A DNA stretch of 55,422 nucleotides, filler included, from Bipalium vagum (lineage: Eukaryota), in assembly GCA_037834085.1 (NCBI GenBank). It is 3 parts of 3 records of this genome, joined end to end, with 100 filler letters (N's around TTAATTAATTAA, not from the genome) between each part and the next. Parts side by side here need not be neighbours in the genome. Positions count along the whole stretch, not along the records: positions 37,180 to 55,422 come from JBBMKC010035144.1; 2 more parts are not named here. One strand, 5' to 3'. Positions 53,100 through 55,422 of this stretch are shown in pieces. Positions within the stretch are counted from its first letter, which is position 1. Each line of letters begins with the position of its first letter. The notes under the pieces were generated by a model. That model did no database searches. It had not been told where the DNA came from and saw nothing but the letters and a program-made list of their open reading frames with translations. A program made the translations under genes and the position numbers.

Positions 53100-53859
53100 T
53101 CATAATATTAAGAATAATACTAAGAATAATAATTTTGGCTAATTAAAAAGGAAAAAAGGCAATAAAATATTTTTTTGGGATCTAATCTTGACAAACCAAA
53201 ATTGCCAAGATTAGATCAGGTTCCATAAGGAGAGACCGATTTAGAATTGTTGATCCAAAAGGCGAATTGACATTTCCCATTAATAAAAATGGTCTACGAC
53301 TGATAAGTCGTCGACCAGAATACTATAAAAGGAGAAAAAAATCCGGCCTCAACTAGAAACAGTTATTGTGTTTTAGAAGACCTTATTTGCTGGACTATCG
53401 TGAAGACTAACCAGTTCTGAAACCCAAGTACGTCGATAAAATGATATTTTGCCTTCGATTGTGTTTGAGCTCCCCACCAGATGGCTATTTCTGAGAAACT
53501 GTAAAGGATCAGCTAATAGTCCGGGAAGTTTAAACAAAGTTAACTCGTAAGCTTGTTCAATTTTTTTATCATCTTAATTTTATTTTTGGTTAAAAATTAT
53601 TACATATTGATTTGATTGTTGATTAACGTTAAGTATCTATTTGTGTTTCTTGACTCGATATTATTGAATTTTGTGTTTGATCGACTACCCCAGACAATTG
53701 CAGACATTTCAGACTTTAATGTGATTCCTTTCTCTAGAGTTTGACGATTTTTGTGTTATTTTTTATCACTGTGATTTTGTGTGAATTTTGTGTTATAAAT
53801 ACAAGTTATTGCTTTACTGATGAGAATGAGTCCTTGGTCGTTAGATGCGCCCGAACAGG
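53100..53859 (+). mobile_element. LTR-like unit followed by a tRNA-Lys(UUU)-type primer-binding-like site
   Basis: TATAAAAGG at 53324. GCGCCCGAACAGG at 53847-53859 matches 13 nt of the Lys3 PBS TGGCGCCCGAACAGGGAC. The 5' boundary is uncertain. Confidence 0.6.
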
Positions 53860-54033
53860 TATCTTCATGAACGCTCTAACAGCACATGACCCATTGTTGG
53901 TTTCATTCGCATAGCAATAGGCACAAATAAATAAATATTATATGTTTCTTCAAAGGATGAAAAATCTTCTGTCACGGCTTCTTGAACGTAATAATAATTC
54001 AAGAAAAAATCTGTATAATTTTGTGACAGTCAA

Positions 54034-54198
54034 TTGAGGACTCCAGTGCCTTTTATACTGAAAATAAAACTAATCAGTCGTAGATCAGTATACTTAATTG
54101 GAAATGTCAATTCCCTTTTAAAGCACTTATTTTTAAATCGGTCCTTTATTGCGAATCCTTATCAAGTCTTAGCAATTCGACATTTTCAAGATTAGATC
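54034..54198 (-). repeat. Inverted diverged copy of the promoter block at 53179-53352
   Basis: Reverse complement shares GATCTAATCTTGA, GACCGATTTA, GAATTGACATTTCC, TCTACGACTGAT, TATAAAAGG and CCTCAA in the same order and similar spacing. Confidence 0.85.
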
Positions 54199-54549
54199 AT
54201 TAAAAATAAAAAATTTATAATTTTATTATTATCATTATATTTCTGCAGTCCCTTTAGTGGTGTTTATAATTTGAAAGATTGAATAATTTGAACTGATTGT
54301 ACCTTTGGCCAAACCGACAGGTTAAATAAGCCTTCCTAATGTTACTCTGAATGATCATAATTTTTTGAGTTTAAATAAAATATTAATTAATTAACGACCA
54401 ATATTTAAACTGAAAATAAGTAAAAATATAAAATGTTCACTTGCATTGTATCAAATGTTAAGCAGCAACATTTATATTTAGACAGCAGTTGCAACTTGAG
54501 AGTTCAAGTTTTATCTAATTTTTCTGCATTAAATAAGAATACCGAATAA

Positions 54550-55278
54550 ATTAATGGAAGACGACTTCAAGTCTTAGGATGAATTTCTCGGGTTAAACGA
54601 AAATGATGCCCATTCTAAGCAAACAGCATCAGGTGAGAAACTGGAAATATTCTCAGGAGACACTATCTTATCAGACTGACTGAGAAATATAAAAAGCACC
54701 ATAAAGAAGAACTCTAAGATTTGGAGACAGTGGATGACCAAAGCATAATAAGACGATTGATAAATTTGATGTATCTTTTAAATAATTTAGAACTCTGGAC
54801 ATTTTTAGAAAATACAAAAAGTACTTATAGATGTTGTTGATTTTGTTAATGAACAAAGTAACATAAGCAATGATACGGTCCTCGAATACTCAATATAAGG
54901 AGCAGTAGATAAACAGAAAGTTTTAATCAATGATATTGCAAAGATTACTTATGATAAAGAAAGAAGGTTGAGGACAAAGCCTTGAGAAAAATGATTTCCT
55001 CAAACCGCGGGTCAGATTACTTAAAGGATAGCAATGAGTTTTACTCTCAAAACAAGAAAAATCAGAACGATAACAGGAACAAAGACATACATACTCAACG
55101 AATCGAAGACAAGATTATACAAGAGATACGGAAAACAGAGATGATTCAGATTGTCAGAAACTTAGAAGAACCCCCTATAGCTGTAGAAGAAAGCCTTAGA
55201 GATCAGAGAGAGAAAACCATTAAATATGTGGTTACCAATGACGATATACCGATGGTCAATTTTTTGACACACCTGTGA
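54550..55278 (+). mobile_element. Decayed coding-like segment, possibly gag/ORF1-like
   Basis: Purine-rich coding-like composition with stops, a 98-aa charged ORF, and a position next to LTR-like sequence. No diagnostic motif seen. Confidence 0.25.
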
Positions 55279-55422
55279 TTTACAAATCTAAGAAAATTGT
55301 GTTGAAATATTTTTTTTAATTTATTACTAAATGAGTTAAAAGTTTTAAATAATTGAATTTAAAAGTTGTTTGCAATATTGTTTTACGATAATATTCAAAT
55401 TTATTAAAATATGCAAAATGAA

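Noticed and set aside
53817-53860. Hammerhead ribozyme at CTGATGAG
   Set aside because: No GAAA core or paired stems; the downstream sequence is better explained as LTR end plus PBS.
1-55422. CRISPR arrays, rRNA, intact tRNA, operons or prokaryotic defence systems
   Set aside because: None seen; the sequence is intron-containing eukaryotic DNA with no regularly spaced repeats.

Overview
Very AT-rich eukaryotic (invertebrate-animal-like) genomic DNA, not prokaryotic. It consists of three contigs (1-20165, 20266-37079, 37180-55422) joined by artificial 100-nt linkers (N44-TTAATTAATTAA-N44). Three partial spliced genes can be reconstructed by hand with phase-consistent GT-AG junctions. (1) A minus-strand nesprin/spectrin-repeat-like giant protein, containing one 9,101-nt exon with a three-fold ~395-aa internal super-repeat. 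(2) A plus-strand choline-dehydrogenase-like GMC oxidoreductase with altered substrate-pocket residues. (3) The 5' part of a minus-strand AMPK gamma subunit with a long N-terminal extension. There is also an intronless MTMR6/7/8-type myotubularin copy that lacks the catalytic Cys and has four in-frame stops but no frameshift. Introns are either 44-51 nt or large and filled with decayed mariner/Tc1/maT, hAT and non-LTR elements, some nested. Near 53-54 kb an LTR-like unit with a tRNA-Lys primer-binding-like site faces an inverted, block-conserved copy of its own promoter. I see no clear wholly new multi-gene system. The best leads are the giant repeat exon, the dead MTMR copy, the divergent CHDH pocket and the convergent promoter pair. 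All homology calls are from recalled motifs, not database searches.
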